A DNA stretch of 64,000 nt from an uncultured Gemmatimonadaceae bacterium (GCA_963781585.1 CAWAGQ010000007.1:128001-192000); one strand, 5' to 3'; numbered from the stretch's first letter, positions 32,006 through 42,122 are shown. Notes: a model not told the origin generated them from the letters alone. Numbers and translations: made by a program.

Positions 32006-32548
32006 TTATCCAACGGTCAGTGGCGTCACATCGCGCCCGCAGTGTTTGCATACGCGGGCCCGTGCGAGAATGCGCTCCGCACACCACGGACATTCGCGCC
32101 CCGCATCGCTCGTACTAGAAAGCGCAGCTCCGGGCGATGCTCCTGGATTCTGGAAGGCAAAGGCGAGCAGCCGGAAGCTCAAGACATACACTCCCCCACG
32201 CAGGAACGACATGAGAGCCATCAACCCGAGAGCGTCACCAGCGAGATGGTCCCTGAAGCGCATCACGCCGACTATTGCCAAGGAGGAAGTCAACCAGGCA
32301 CCAAGGAAGACGGGTCGCCATCCCTTCATTCCGCGAGCGAGTCGCCATCCCCATGTTACGGCGACTGCTGCAATCGTCAGATCGAGACCTAGTGACGCGT
32401 AGCGGCCAGAAGCATTTGACAGACTTCTGGCCACGTCGTAGCCGACCACGCTTTTCGTGTTCCAATCCGCAAAGACGGCGCCTAGTACGAGTGTCACTGG
32501 TGCGAACGTACCGAACGCAAACGCGCCGACGCGCTTAAAAACGTCCAT
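32006..32548 (-). CDS. Membrane protein with C-terminal zinc ribbon
   Basis: TM helices, then CPWCAERILARARVCKHCG. Confidence 0.7.
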   Translation of the reverse strand: MDVFKRVGAFAFGTFAPVTLVLGAVFADWNTKSVVGYDVARSLSNASGRYASLGLDLTIAAVAVTWGWRLARGMKGWRPVFLGAWLTSSLAIVGVMRFRDHLAGDALGLMALMSFLRGGVYVLSFRLLAFAFQNPGASPGAALSSTSDAGRECPWCAERILARARVCKHCGRDVTPLTVG

Positions 32549-32734
32549 CGTTGCTAGCCCACAGCGCTGTATGGATCATTGTCGGCAGAAAAACAAGCGG
32601 TGTTGTAATCAAGGCACGACTCCTTGCGCAGGATTCAAAAGGAACGCAGCGCCGGGCTAAGAGCGTGGCATGTCTGAATGGTAAGCTCTACAAACACCAG
32701 GTTGGGGGATACAGGTGGGCCTTGAGATGCATAC

Positions 32735-32848
32735 GCCTAACGTATGTCCTTCACGGCGAGGCAGGCGACAAGAACGCGGTGCGCCAGCACCGCTCCGAAT
32801 GTGCCATTAACAGCTTCGCCGTCAGGTGCAGTGCCCCCCCCGTTAGGC
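32735..32848 (-). other. attC (partly degenerate)
   Basis: GCCTAAC...acggcgaggc / gcttcgccgt...GTTAGGC, 4 bp from the stop of the upstream minus-strand gene. Confidence 0.65.
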
Positions 32849-32851
32849 GTT

Positions 32852-33775
32852 TCAGGTATCGGGAACAGGCTTGATCGTCTGCCGCCGCTTGTAGTCGGCA
32901 AAGAAGTCAACTTGATCCTCGTATGAGATCGATTCAACCCAACGCTCAACTGCCGACCACTGGATCGAGGCAGAATCGATTTGGGTCCAAGGTTCGTTCC
33001 TAGTGTCTTCAATAGTGGAGAATCTGCCAAGGAATCCTGATTCCAGCTGTCGCTGAATATCCTCAGACACGGCCTGACGTAAAAAGCGCACAAGGTCGTC
33101 GTGAGCGCGGACGGCGCGGAGAGTATGCTGGAGATTCAAGGGGAGTATCGTCGCAACAAGGTCGGGAAATACTTCCGACTCTGAAAACATGCCGATCTTA
33201 AGCTTGGCACGTTTGAGCTGGAATGGCCAACCATCTGGACCAGCCCAAGTTGGCGCCGGATGCACTACTCCGTTGCGGTAATCAACAACATCTTGGAGCT
33301 GTTTCCGCAGTTCGGCGGGCGGAGAACCGGCCTCAAGAAGTTCCAGTGTCACGCCAAGCCGTTCCGAGAACGGCAAGACGTCGAAGCCATTTACTGCAAA
33401 TTTCAGCGCATTTACCACCGTGACCTGTTCACGAAGCCTCAATTCCGACGTCAAGCGCAGAAGTGCTTCGATGGCGAAGGCAGGGAACAGGACGCTTGAA
33501 AGCAAGGGCCCGGATGCCGTAACGGAGTACATTCCCGCCACGAAAACAGCGGTCTCCATGGGTGGCCGACCGGTATCGAGGAGTGCTTGCCACCCTGCGT
33601 GCAGCTTCCTGAGGGCCAGCACGGAAGCCTCAACACATGACTCCGTCGCGTCACGAAGGAACTGCCAAGACGACGAAGCCTTGAGATAGATATGCTCTTC
33701 GTAGTACGTGCGACGCTCCTCCGGGTCCATGGAGAGAGCACGCAGGTCTATGCGAGAAGAGTCGTCGCTGTTCAC
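32852..33775 (-). CDS. Cassette protein with HEPN-like motif
   Basis: AIEALL...YRNGVVH (RX4H); lower GC; lies between two attC sites; start uncertain (GTG 33775 or ATG 33730). Confidence 0.6.
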   Translation of the reverse strand: MNSDDSSRIDLRALSMDPEERRTYYEEHIYLKASSSWQFLRDATESCVEASVLALRKLHAGWQALLDTGRPPMETAVFVAGMYSVTASGPLLSSVLFPAFAIEALLRLTSELRLREQVTVVNALKFAVNGFDVLPFSERLGVTLELLEAGSPPAELRKQLQDVVDYRNGVVHPAPTWAGPDGWPFQLKRAKLKIGMFSESEVFPDLVATILPLNLQHTLRAVRAHDDLVRFLRQAVSEDIQRQLESGFLGRFSTIEDTRNEPWTQIDSASIQWSAVERWVESISYEDQVDFFADYKRRQTIKPVPDT

Positions 33776-33846
33776 GATCTCGCCTGGCTCACTTAGTCGC
33801 TTGCGGATCGCGAGAATTGGTCTTCGAACAGTGTCAGGCCTCCCAC

Positions 33847-33957
33847 AGCTAACGCCCCGAATCCTGATGCAGCGGCGTCCTGTCAAGGAGACGCGGCGAC
33901 CGCGTAGCGGGCCTCCGCGCACACCGTCGCGCCGCTGCCAGCAGCAATTCCTTAGCC
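33847..33957 (-). other. Degenerate attC
   Basis: agctaac..gaatcctgatgcagcggcg / cgccgctgccagcagcaattc. Confidence 0.55.
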
Positions 33958-33958
33958 G

Positions 33959-34490
33959 TCACCCACGTCGACGCCAGTGGCGAGGATGGCGGCGACGGTG
34001 TATGCAGGCAATCCTGTAGGTGGTATCGCCGCGCACGGTGAAGTAGAAGGCAAAATGGGAAGCGGCGCAAGAGGGCTCGTCGTACAGTGCGCGCAGCCCA
34101 AGGCTGCGCTCCGGGAGCCCGCCGGATCTCCGCCAGCCCGACATCCACGGGTGTGGACGAACTCCCCTGCTGCGGAGTTGGAGCGCACGGCGTACCATTT
34201 CGGCGCGTCTGCAATATTCTCGGCTGCTGCGTGCCGAAGAACGAAGCGCGGCGTCCACCGGCGCGCTGAAGGGCGCCGAGGAGTTGTGCCCGCCGCGCTT
34301 CCCACAGAACCGAATCGTCTGGATGGGCGTCCAGGTCGGCGACACGCCGGTCGAGCTCCGCCTGCTGACCCGGCGTGAGCGTGAGAGCATCGGCGTCGGG
34401 CTCGATGCTGTCCCAGAGATCCTCGGCCAAGTGAATACGCTCGGTGGCCGTGAGGTGGCTGAAACGAAGGAAGACTTACGACTCATTTGG
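33959..34490 (-). pseudogene. Decayed addiction module: TIGR02574-like antitoxin plus frameshifted RelE/ParE toxin
   Basis: AEDLWDSI...LTPGQQAELDRR; toxin pieces ADAPKWY / RRALLRRFPF / IACIHRRRHPRHWRRR in different frames. Confidence 0.75.
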
Positions 34491-34831
34491 AAATCTGCGG
34501 GAATCATACTGTAACGGGCTATGGAGCAGTGGTGTGCGGCTACCAGTATTGGCCCCGACAGCTCGCGCGGCCGCGGCGCGACGGCGATGTAGGTCTTGTA
34601 CGTCGGCGTATCCTTCATCACGTCGCGCGTGACGGTACCTTTCGACGCATGATCGTTCGTCCCCTGATCGCTGATCGGCGGCTGACAGAATTCAGCTTCA
34701 AGCCACGCCTAAATGATTGAGGATCGCACCGCAGCCTACAGGGAGACGGTGCCTCTCGGAAGGCCTGTCGACCCTGTGAAGACCTCGTCAACCCGGCCGC
34801 TGTTGCGAATGGAACGTTCGACACCAACGCC

Positions 34832-35026
34832 TTGGGACTGTGGTCTGCCTGTCAACGGGCCCTCGACGCGCAGGTGATGGTCGTAGGGCAGGACTGGGGT
34901 GATCGCGACTACTTCGTCGCGAATCGGGGACAGGACGATCATCGTAATCCCACGAACTGGCGAGTGGTGGAGCTGATGGCCGAAGCTGGATTTCAGGTAT
35001 CAGACCCGGGCCAGGCAGCCGCCTGA
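34832..35026 (+). pseudogene. Uracil-DNA glycosylase-like fragment
   Basis: VMVVGQDWG...NPTN motif, truncated. Confidence 0.45.
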
Positions 35027-35045
35027 GCCTCGCGCAACTGGGGAG

Positions 35046-35885
35046 CTACTTCTTCTTTCGTTGCATCTGCCTCAGCTCCCGTTGCGCTTCACTCATGGAC
35101 CACAGCACCACCAGCGTGCACGGCATCACGAGCTTCTCCTTCTTGTTTTCGCCCCAGTACCAGTGTCCATATTCCGGCGGGATGTCGGGCGGCTGGTAGA
35201 CTTCGACCGCATAGAGTTCGGCCACCTTGTGTATCGGGTTATACGAGTACGGAAAGCCGCCGTCGTAGATGACCTTGACGCAGCGCCACCCAACGATGGC
35301 CTCGACCGTATTTGGGTTGCCATGCAGGTTCCGGCGAAAGCCGGGCACGTCCCGCAGGACGAGGAGCGGAAAGTCCGGGTGATCCGCACCTCTGGCCAGG
35401 ATCTCCTGTCGGTCCATGAGGAATCCTCGGCCGGTCTCTCGCCGGCAGAGAACGCCCTCCAGCGTATAGCGCGCGCACTGGCGATTGGCCGTGATCTCCA
35501 CGCCAGCGAGCACCTGCGGCAGCCGCCGCATAACGATTGCCAGGGACTGCGTTTCACCAATCTTCAGGGTGAGCGGAAGCCGCGCCGGCGCGAACCCGAG
35601 CCGACGTACATCGATCGTCACGGCTCCCGGCTGAAGACGGCGCGCGTTGAATCGCCCGGCGGAGTCAGTGACCAGAATCGAACCACTTGGCGAGATGAGG
35701 ACACTCGCGCCGGCGACCGGCAGGCCGAGGGAGTCCCGCACGGCGCCGGCAATGGACGAGAGGAGTGAATCCGGCGTGGTCATCGCCGGCGTCTGAGCGA
35801 TGGCGGCCACCGGGTGCGTGGCCGCGAGGATCAGCAGGAGCCAGCCCCAGCCGCGCAGTGGACGAGACGGGCGCTGGTGTTTCAT
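35046..35885 (-). CDS. Secreted carboxypeptidase-regulatory-like domain protein (cassette)
   Basis: GAVRDSLGLPVAGASV...TDSAGRF...RRLGF; follows the attC core GTTCGGC. Confidence 0.8.
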   Translation of the reverse strand: MKHQRPSRPLRGWGWLLLILAATHPVAAIAQTPAMTTPDSLLSSIAGAVRDSLGLPVAGASVLISPSGSILVTDSAGRFNARRLQPGAVTIDVRRLGFAPARLPLTLKIGETQSLAIVMRRLPQVLAGVEITANRQCARYTLEGVLCRRETGRGFLMDRQEILARGADHPDFPLLVLRDVPGFRRNLHGNPNTVEAIVGWRCVKVIYDGGFPYSYNPIHKVAELYAVEVYQPPDIPPEYGHWYWGENKKEKLVMPCTLVVLWSMSEAQRELRQMQRKKK

Positions 35886-35942
35886 TGACGGTAACCTGGC
35901 ACGGTCGAGTCTCGTCCTCATCGCGTACTGACCTTGGTGGCC

Positions 35943-36037
35943 GCCGAACGAATGGGGTTGAGCTGCGAACGCTCAGTGTGAATGCGCCCGCGGAACGGGC
36001 GTTACCGACAGGTGCGGGTTCGTCTGCTCCAACCCGC
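35943..36037 (-). other. attC whose R'' box is replaced by an IS110-like end
   Basis: GCCGAAC..ggggttgagctgcgaac / gttcgtctgctccaaccc, then the 26-bp IS end. Confidence 0.7.
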
Positions 36038-36115
36038 CTCTGAGAGCCTAACGGTCAAGGGGCAATGGCTTCCCGCCGACTGATTGCTCAGTCGGTGGTG
36101 AATGTGGAACGACCG
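36035..36115 (-). mobile_element. IS110/IS1111-like right-end remnant
   Basis: 26 bp identical to 19602-19627 (CGCCTCTGAGAGCCTAACGGTCAAGG), followed by a related hairpin. Confidence 0.65.
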
Positions 36116-36117
36116 TG

Positions 36118-36188
36118 GCGCGCGCTGGCGCAGCCACAGCGCGCGCTTCCGAAAGCGTCTGCGCGGTCAGCTTCATGCTCCGTTAGAC
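36118..36188 (-). other. attC half (R'' side)
   Basis: gcgcgcgctggcgcagc..gcgcgcgcttcc..ggtcagcttcatgct..GTTAGAC, close in sequence to attC 54755-54865. Confidence 0.6.
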
Positions 36189-36499
36189 CTCACCGAGCTA
36201 CCAAGCTGCGCTTCCTTTGTCAAACGTGATCGTTACAAGTGGCCCCGGTGTCTCGATGAAATTGTTCATGGCGATGAGTCCTGTAAACTGCCGCCAGTTC
36301 GGACCAACCATGAACGACATGCTTTGGTTCACGTAGTCGAGCGCTGCCTGTCGCAGTGCCGGGCCGTGCGCGAGGCTCTCGTTCGAGACCGCCCGTAGAA
36401 CGCCGGCGCTGCAATCCGACGCGCCTCACAAGGCCACGGGGCGCAAGGGTGCGGGCACGGCGTCCGACGAGTGAATCATATGGTGCGGCATGCCGGGTC

Positions 36500-36940
36500 T
36501 CAAAGCACATAGCCGGCGATCCACTCGTCAACTTCGGCGAGGCTCCGAGGCATCCACTGGTCATCGGGGTTGACGACGTAATCAGCGCCGACGTAGCTGT
36601 ACAAGCCACGCCAACTCAGAAGGCTCCATCCTTCAAGACTTGTGTCAGCTCGGAGGGCTGGTGTTGACACGTCATCCTGGAATACCAACGTCCGGCGGAA
36701 GGGTGGGGGAGTGGGCTCGGGGAAAGTGTCTGTTCCGGTCCGTCCCATGCCGACCAACGTGATCGTGCCATCGCTCTCCGTCCAGGTGCCTGCCGCGGCG
36801 CTCCGCTCGTATCCGCGCCAGTATCCAGCGAAAAGAAACGATCCCCGAGGCCGCAAGTAGAGAACGATGTAGGCGTCACCATCCTCCGGGTGGAACCGGA
36901 TGACCTTCAAATAGGTGGCAGCCAAGGAAGCTGGCTTCAT
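36500..36940 (-). CDS. Hypothetical cassette protein
   Basis: ORF starts 23 bp after the attC core GTTATGC. Confidence 0.65.
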   Translation of the reverse strand: MKPASLAATYLKVIRFHPEDGDAYIVLYLRPRGSFLFAGYWRGYERSAAAGTWTESDGTITLVGMGRTGTDTFPEPTPPPFRRTLVFQDDVSTPALRADTSLEGWSLLSWRGLYSYVGADYVVNPDDQWMPRSLAEVDEWIAGYVL

Positions 36941-36962
36941 GCACACGACGGTTCATTGGTCC

Positions 36963-37055
36963 GCATAACGCCTGCGCTCACTTGCAAGGGCATCCCATCG
37001 TGCGCGCGAAGCGCGCCCACCGATGACCCTTGCCAAGTGCAGCGCTCTGTTATGC
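36963..37055 (-). other. attC site
   Basis: GCATAAC..gcgctcacttgcaaggg / cccttgccaagtgcagcgc..GTTATGC; higA stop lies inside R''. Confidence 0.9.
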
Positions 37056-37361
37056 CGCACCGCGCCGCGTTCCTCGATGCAGTGCTTCGGCGACTGCGCG
37101 AGGATTTCGCGCGGTGACGCGCAGCAGGGCGAGTGCGGGGCCGTCGGGAGTGCGCCGCCCTTGCTCCCAGTTTCGGAGCGTGGCGACGCTTACGCCAATC
37201 ATTAAGGCGAACTCCTCCTGCGACTGGGCGAGGCGGGCCCGAATGTCCTTCACGTCCGTGGGCTTGAAGGTTGTGACTCGACGGGCCCGTCGCTCCCCTC
37301 GACGGATCTGCCCCGCCTGGCGCACTCCCTTCAACAGCTCTCGAAATGCCGCGTCCTTCAT
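37050..37361 (-). CDS. higA: HigA-like XRE antitoxin
   Basis: MKDAAFRELL...SQEEFALMIGVSVATLRNWEQGRRTPDGPALALL. Confidence 0.85.
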   Translation of the reverse strand: MKDAAFRELLKGVRQAGQIRRGERRARRVTTFKPTDVKDIRARLAQSQEEFALMIGVSVATLRNWEQGRRTPDGPALALLRVTARNPRAVAEALHRGTRRGAA

Positions 37362-37675
37362 CCGAATTCCTCCCGTGCCACTCGAGCCAGTTCGCGGAGC
37401 TGCGTGCGCGTGAGGTCCCCCTGTTCGTTCTTCGCGAAGAGGTAGGCCATCAGACACACGTCGTCGGCGACCGCCCAATAGTAGATGATGCGCAGTCCGC
37501 CGCGCTTGCCCCGACCCTCGGCTTGCCACCGGAGCTTCCGGAGGCCGGCTCCGCCCGGGATCAAGAGTCCCTGCGCGGGCCGGAGGACGAGCGACAGCTG
37601 GAGGGCGCGGTACTGCTCGTCATCGAGATGTCGGCGCAACGCTGCGGTGAACGCCGGCGTCTCGATGAAGCGCAT
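37358..37675 (-). CDS. higB: HigB/RelE toxin
   Basis: MRFIETPAF...GLRKLRW...GKRGGLRIIYY...AKNEQGDL. Confidence 0.88.
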   Translation of the reverse strand: MRFIETPAFTAALRRHLDDEQYRALQLSLVLRPAQGLLIPGGAGLRKLRWQAEGRGKRGGLRIIYYWAVADDVCLMAYLFAKNEQGDLTRTQLRELARVAREEFG

Positions 37676-37736
37676 GCCCGAAGACTACGTCATTGGCGCA
37701 GCCCACGCAATAGCCTCCACAGAGTGTCGGAGTGCG

Positions 37737-37854
37737 GGATAACGGATTGCGCTTCTGCCGCGAGGCCAGGTGAGGCCGCCGCAGTCCTTAGATAAAGAAT
37801 ACTCCGCGGCGGCCGAACCGTTCTGGCCTCGTCGGCAGCAAGCGCGGGTTATGC
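37737..37854 (-). other. attC site
   Basis: GGATAAC..gcgcttctgccgcgaggccag / ctggcctcgtcggcagcaagcgc..GTTATGC. Confidence 0.88.
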
Positions 37855-39362
37855 GGCGCCCGCCTCCGACCCGCACTCCTGCGGACATCATGTTCGTGTA
37901 CCACTGTTTCCTCGTGACGTCGGGACAGACAACGCGCCTCCTACCTGATTCGTGTCTCCCTCGGAGCGACCCCACAGTTCGGCCAGGCGCCCTCGCTCCT
38001 TACGCGAGAAATCAACGTTGTGTCCTCGCTCGCCTGGTAGGCGAGCATGGCAACGAGCGTGGCATTGTACTTCAAATCGTCGAACACCACCTTGTCATAG
38101 CTGTCGCGGTTCGTGTGGGAGGCGTCACCGTAGCTCCAACTGACCTCGGCGCTCCACAGTCCGAAGGAAGGTGCCCCCTTGCATGCGAACACAGCGCCGT
38201 CCATGCTCGGCCCCCGCGGCGGCTTGGAATCAGCCTCGAAACGAATACTGTCAGTGAAGTCACGAGGTAGCTGGCTACGCCACGCCTGCAAGTGGTCGTT
38301 GATGCCGACCAGCCCACCACTGATGGCGCCGCCTCCCGACCCTCCGCCGTTTACCCAGCGGACACGTCCAGTACCATCATCCTGATTGAACATGGCCTGC
38401 ATACCAGCAATCACGTCGGGGTGATCCTCGGACCAAGCACGAGACCCAACCATGTGCTGCTCCTCGCCACTCCAGTGCCCCACAAGAATCGTCCGTTTGG
38501 GGTGTGGGTACACGAGGCTCAGAATGCGCATTGCCTCCATCATCATCAGTGTACCGGTGCCGTTGTCGATGGCGCCAGACGCGCCATCGAAGGAGTCGAA
38601 ATGGGCCGAGAGCATCACATATTCGTTCGGCTTTTCCCGTCCAGGAATGCGGGCGATCGTGTTGAACACCGGCACTTCACCGAGCAGTTCCGCATCCGCG
38701 TTGACACGGAGCCGCGGATGCTGGTTGTATTCGGTCAGGCGGTAAACGAGCCCATAGTCCTCGCAACCAAGTGAGATGGCAGGAGCCGTCTCGTTGTCGG
38801 TCATGGCATCGATCCGTGTTGCACCGGCGTTGCCCTTCGGCTGGGACGACACAACGCCTGACACGTGGGCGGCATCGAGCCGCCTACCGAGTCTCGTAAA
38901 GCCCAGGGTACTCAGTGAGAAACCCGCGCCGAGGATGCGTGTGTCCCAGTCGCGCCGGTTCGCCTCAAGCAAACTATCCATTGACCGCTTTGACGCTGGC
39001 GTCGCAAACTTGTCCCAATCGGAGCTAGGTCGACAGGTGGGCTGCGGAGCCGAGATCAGCACATATTTACCCGCCGCCTGCGGCAGCCATGCATCAAACT
39101 CGGTGCTGTCGCGGAATCGGGGCAGGATGATCGTACCCGCCGTGACGTCTTTGCCGCCCGTGCCCGGGCTCCAGCCGAGGAGGGTGGCATCGAGGACGCG
39201 AACGCGTGGACTGACCAAGGCGGTCGTGGCGATGCCCCGTCCCCCGGTGGCCACCCAAAATCCCCCACCCGTGGCCACCCCAAACTCCTCCACCTCGCGT
39301 GATCGTCTGAGCGCCTAATCTCGGGGCGCCGCACGGCGGGACGTTACGCTTGCCTCCTCACC

Positions 39363-40952
39363 ATGAGGAGGGGAGGAGTGAACGTCTTGAAGCCGTTTCT
39401 GCGCATCACCATCGCCACGCTGCTGGGCAGCGCGACGCCGCACCGCGAGATCGAGCGGCGGACCGGCGTCGATCGGAAAACCATCCGGCGCTACGCCCTG
39501 AAGGCAAATGCCCCCGGGGTGGCCACCGGCTCCGTTGCCGTCAACGACCAAACTCCCCCACCCCGGCCACCGGCTTTGGACGGGACTGCGGCCCCGGTGC
39601 GACCGGCCCTGACCGTCTCGGCGTGCGCGGCACACCGCCCGTGGATCGAGGCGCAGGTCGCGCTCGGGCGGAACGCCATGAGCATTTTCCAAGACCTGGT
39701 CGAAGCCCATGGCTTTGCCCATCGGTACAACTCCGTGAAGCGCTTTGTGGCGACGCTGAAGGCGCGCGCGCCCGAGCGCTACGACGTGTTGGAGTTCTTG
39801 CCGGGCGAAGAAGCGCAGGTCGACTACGGCCGCGGTGCGCCAACGAACCGGCCGTCGGGCACGGCCCAGAAGCGCCAGCGGCCGTACCTGTTCGTGATGA
39901 CGCTCAAGTATTCGGGGAAGAGTTTCCGGAAAGTGGTGTGGAAGACCAGCCAAGTGATCTGGGCCGAGCTGCATGAGGAAGCGTTTCGGGCGCTGGGCGG
40001 GTGTCCCCAATACATCGTGTTAGACAACTTGAAAGAAGGCGTGCTCCGCCCCGACTTGTACGAGCCGGAGCTCAACCCGGTGTACGCCGCGTTGCTGGCG
40101 CACTATGGCGTCGTGGCCGATCCGTGCCGAGTCCGTGATCCGAATCGCAAAGGGACCGTCGAGAGCGCGATTCAGCACACGCAGGGCACGGGGCTCAAGG
40201 GCCGCACCTTCGACTCGATCGAGGCGCAGAACACGTGGCTCGTGCATTGGGAGGAGCGGTGGGCCGCGCTCCGCATTCACGGGCGGAAGAAGCGGCAGGT
40301 GCTCGAGCTCTATCGGGAAGAGCAGCCGCACCTCCGCCCGCTGCCGCTCGAGGGATTTCGCTTCTTCACTCAGGGCGTGCGCACGGTCGACGACGCGGGG
40401 CTCGTGCAGATCGAAGGCTCGTATTACGCCGCGTTGCCCGCGGCGCTGCACAGCGTGGTCACCGTCCGGATCTACCCGCGCGCAATCGAGATCCTCGACC
40501 GTGAGAACCGCGTCGTGCGCCGGCATGAGAAAGCCCTGCGGAAGGGCGCCTTCGTGATGGCGGGCTCGGATCGGCTCTTCAACCCGTCCCGCGAAACCAC
40601 GCGCGTGCTGGCGCGCGTCGAGTTGATCGGCCCGCACACGGCGGCGCTCGGGCGCGCCCTCTTCGCCCAGCTCGGCCGGCCCGGCAACCGGGCCCTCTAC
40701 GGCCTGGCGAGCCTGACGCGCACCTATCCACGCGCGGACATCGAAGCGGTGTGTGAGCGGATGCTCGCGGCGCAATGTGTGTCCTACGCGGCCGTCAAAG
40801 GCGCGCTCGCCCGACGCGCGGACGCTCCGCCCGCTGACCCACCGCTCACGCAATCCGGTCCGGGCATCCGGGCCATCACCGAATATCAGGCCTTCTGGGA
40901 AATGCACTCAGAGGCGCCCGCCCCGATGCTCTCACCGGAGAACACTCCATGA
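39363..40952 (+). CDS. istA: IS21 transposase
   Basis: PGEEAQVDYG, DNLK, PNRKGTVE (DDE). Confidence 0.93.
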   Translation: MRRGGVNVLKPFLRITIATLLGSATPHREIERRTGVDRKTIRRYALKANAPGVATGSVAVNDQTPPPRPPALDGTAAPVRPALTVSACAAHRPWIEAQVALGRNAMSIFQDLVEAHGFAHRYNSVKRFVATLKARAPERYDVLEFLPGEEAQVDYGRGAPTNRPSGTAQKRQRPYLFVMTLKYSGKSFRKVVWKTSQVIWAELHEEAFRALGGCPQYIVLDNLKEGVLRPDLYEPELNPVYAALLAHYGVVADPCRVRDPNRKGTVESAIQHTQGTGLKGRTFDSIEAQNTWLVHWEERWAALRIHGRKKRQVLELYREEQPHLRPLPLEGFRFFTQGVRTVDDAGLVQIEGSYYAALPAALHSVVTVRIYPRAIEILDRENRVVRRHEKALRKGAFVMAGSDRLFNPSRETTRVLARVELIGPHTAALGRALFAQLGRPGNRALYGLASLTRTYPRADIEAVCERMLAAQCVSYAAVKGALARRADAPPADPPLTQSGPGIRAITEYQAFWEMHSEAPAPMLSPENTP

Positions 40953-41716
40953 CGATGTCGATCACCGAACTCGAACAGGCGTTACGCGGCCTGCGGCTGT
41001 CGGGCATGAGCGCGACGCTCCAAGCCCGCGCCCTCCAAGTCACGACGCACGAGATGGAGTTTCTCGAGGCGGTCTCGTGGCTGGTCCAAGACGAACTCGA
41101 TCGCCGCCACTCCCGGCTCCTAGAGCGGCGCTTTGCGCTCTCCGGTCTGCCCGACCGCAAAGACTTGAAGACGATCGACTGGAGCTACAACGCGCGCTTG
41201 CCCAAGCGCGACGTGCTCGAACTGGGCACGCTCCAATTCATCGACGCCAAGGAAGACGTGCTCGTCCTCGGTCCGCCCGGAACGGGAAAGAGTCATTGTG
41301 CCAAAGCGCTGGCGCTGCTCGCCGTCCAGCGTGGCTACAAGGTCTTCTACCGCGAGGCGCATCAGCTCGTCGAGGACATCGCCGAAGCGCGCGAGCTCGC
41401 GCAGCTCCGCCAGTATCGCCGCCAACTGAAGACCGCCGACCTCCTCCTGATCGATGACCTCTTCTTGCGCAAACTCCCGCCGCAGGCCGGCGATGAACTC
41501 GCGGAAGTCCTGATGAGCCGCTACGAGAAGGCCTCGACGATCGTCACCTCCAACCGGCCCCTCGAGGATTGGGCCCGTCTGCTCGGCGATGCGGTGGTCG
41601 TTACTCCACTCCTCGACCGCCTCATGCACCACGGCCATTTACTAAAGTTTGAAGGCAAGAGCTGGCGCCTGAAGGAAGCCGCCGCCCGAGTTGCGAAACG
41701 CACCTCGGCCGCCTAA
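40949..41716 (+). CDS. istB: IS21 helper ATPase
   Basis: Walker A GPPGTGKS, LLLIDD, TSN, LLDRLMHH. Confidence 0.95.
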   Translation: MTMSITELEQALRGLRLSGMSATLQARALQVTTHEMEFLEAVSWLVQDELDRRHSRLLERRFALSGLPDRKDLKTIDWSYNARLPKRDVLELGTLQFIDAKEDVLVLGPPGTGKSHCAKALALLAVQRGYKVFYREAHQLVEDIAEARELAQLRQYRRQLKTADLLLIDDLFLRKLPPQAGDELAEVLMSRYEKASTIVTSNRPLEDWARLLGDAVVVTPLLDRLMHHGHLLKFEGKSWRLKEAAARVAKRTSAA

Positions 41717-42122
41717 TGTCCCGCCGTCCCGCCGCGCGAGGGTGGGGGAGTTTGACCCGGCCACGGGTGGAGGAGTTTGAGGTGGCCACCGGGGCCCCGT
41801 CTCCAGCCACGCCACGTTCCATACGGCTCATTTGTCGCCTCAATACCCCACGACTTGTAGGTCTGAACCAGCCAGTTGTTTCCGTTCTTCTGACCGGGTG
41901 AGCCTGTGAGCCTGGGTCCGATCGAATCGAGCAACTGGTTCGCGAGGACCGGGAGCCTCGAACTGTCCATCCCAATGGACCAGATCCGTTTCATCACAGC
42001 ATCGCCCATGGGAACCGTCTGGGCGTTCAGTGATTGGACCCCGAACAGAAGCGTGCCAGCGGCAAATACGGAGCAGATGCGGAACACGTTCTCTCCTGGT
42101 CGAGGTCATCCGGACCGATGCC

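Larger units (their letters stand above)
39242..41794 (+). mobile_element. IS21-family insertion sequence
   Basis: 14-bp terminal IR CCCCGGTGGCCACC, internal tandem repeats at both ends, 7-bp TSD CCCCGTC (39235-39241 and 41795-41801). Confidence 0.93.
37941..42087 (-). pseudogene. M28 (carboxypeptidase Q-like) peptidase cassette interrupted by IS21
   Basis: 5' part LDSIGPRLTGS...GWRRG (41795-42087) and 3' part SAHFDS..GAIDNGTG..GEEQ (37941-39241); removing the IS and one TSD gives 1587 bp in frame. Confidence 0.9.

Noticed and set aside
36046..36188. GCCTAAC...GTTAGAC as one intact attC
   Set aside because: The arms do not pair; it is an IS110-like end fused to half of another attC.
39242..39295. 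Short tandem repeats resembling a CRISPR or iteron array
   Set aside because: These are the multiple terminal repeats of the IS21 element, mirrored at about 41741-41794; no spacers or cas genes. No CRISPR array was seen in the window.
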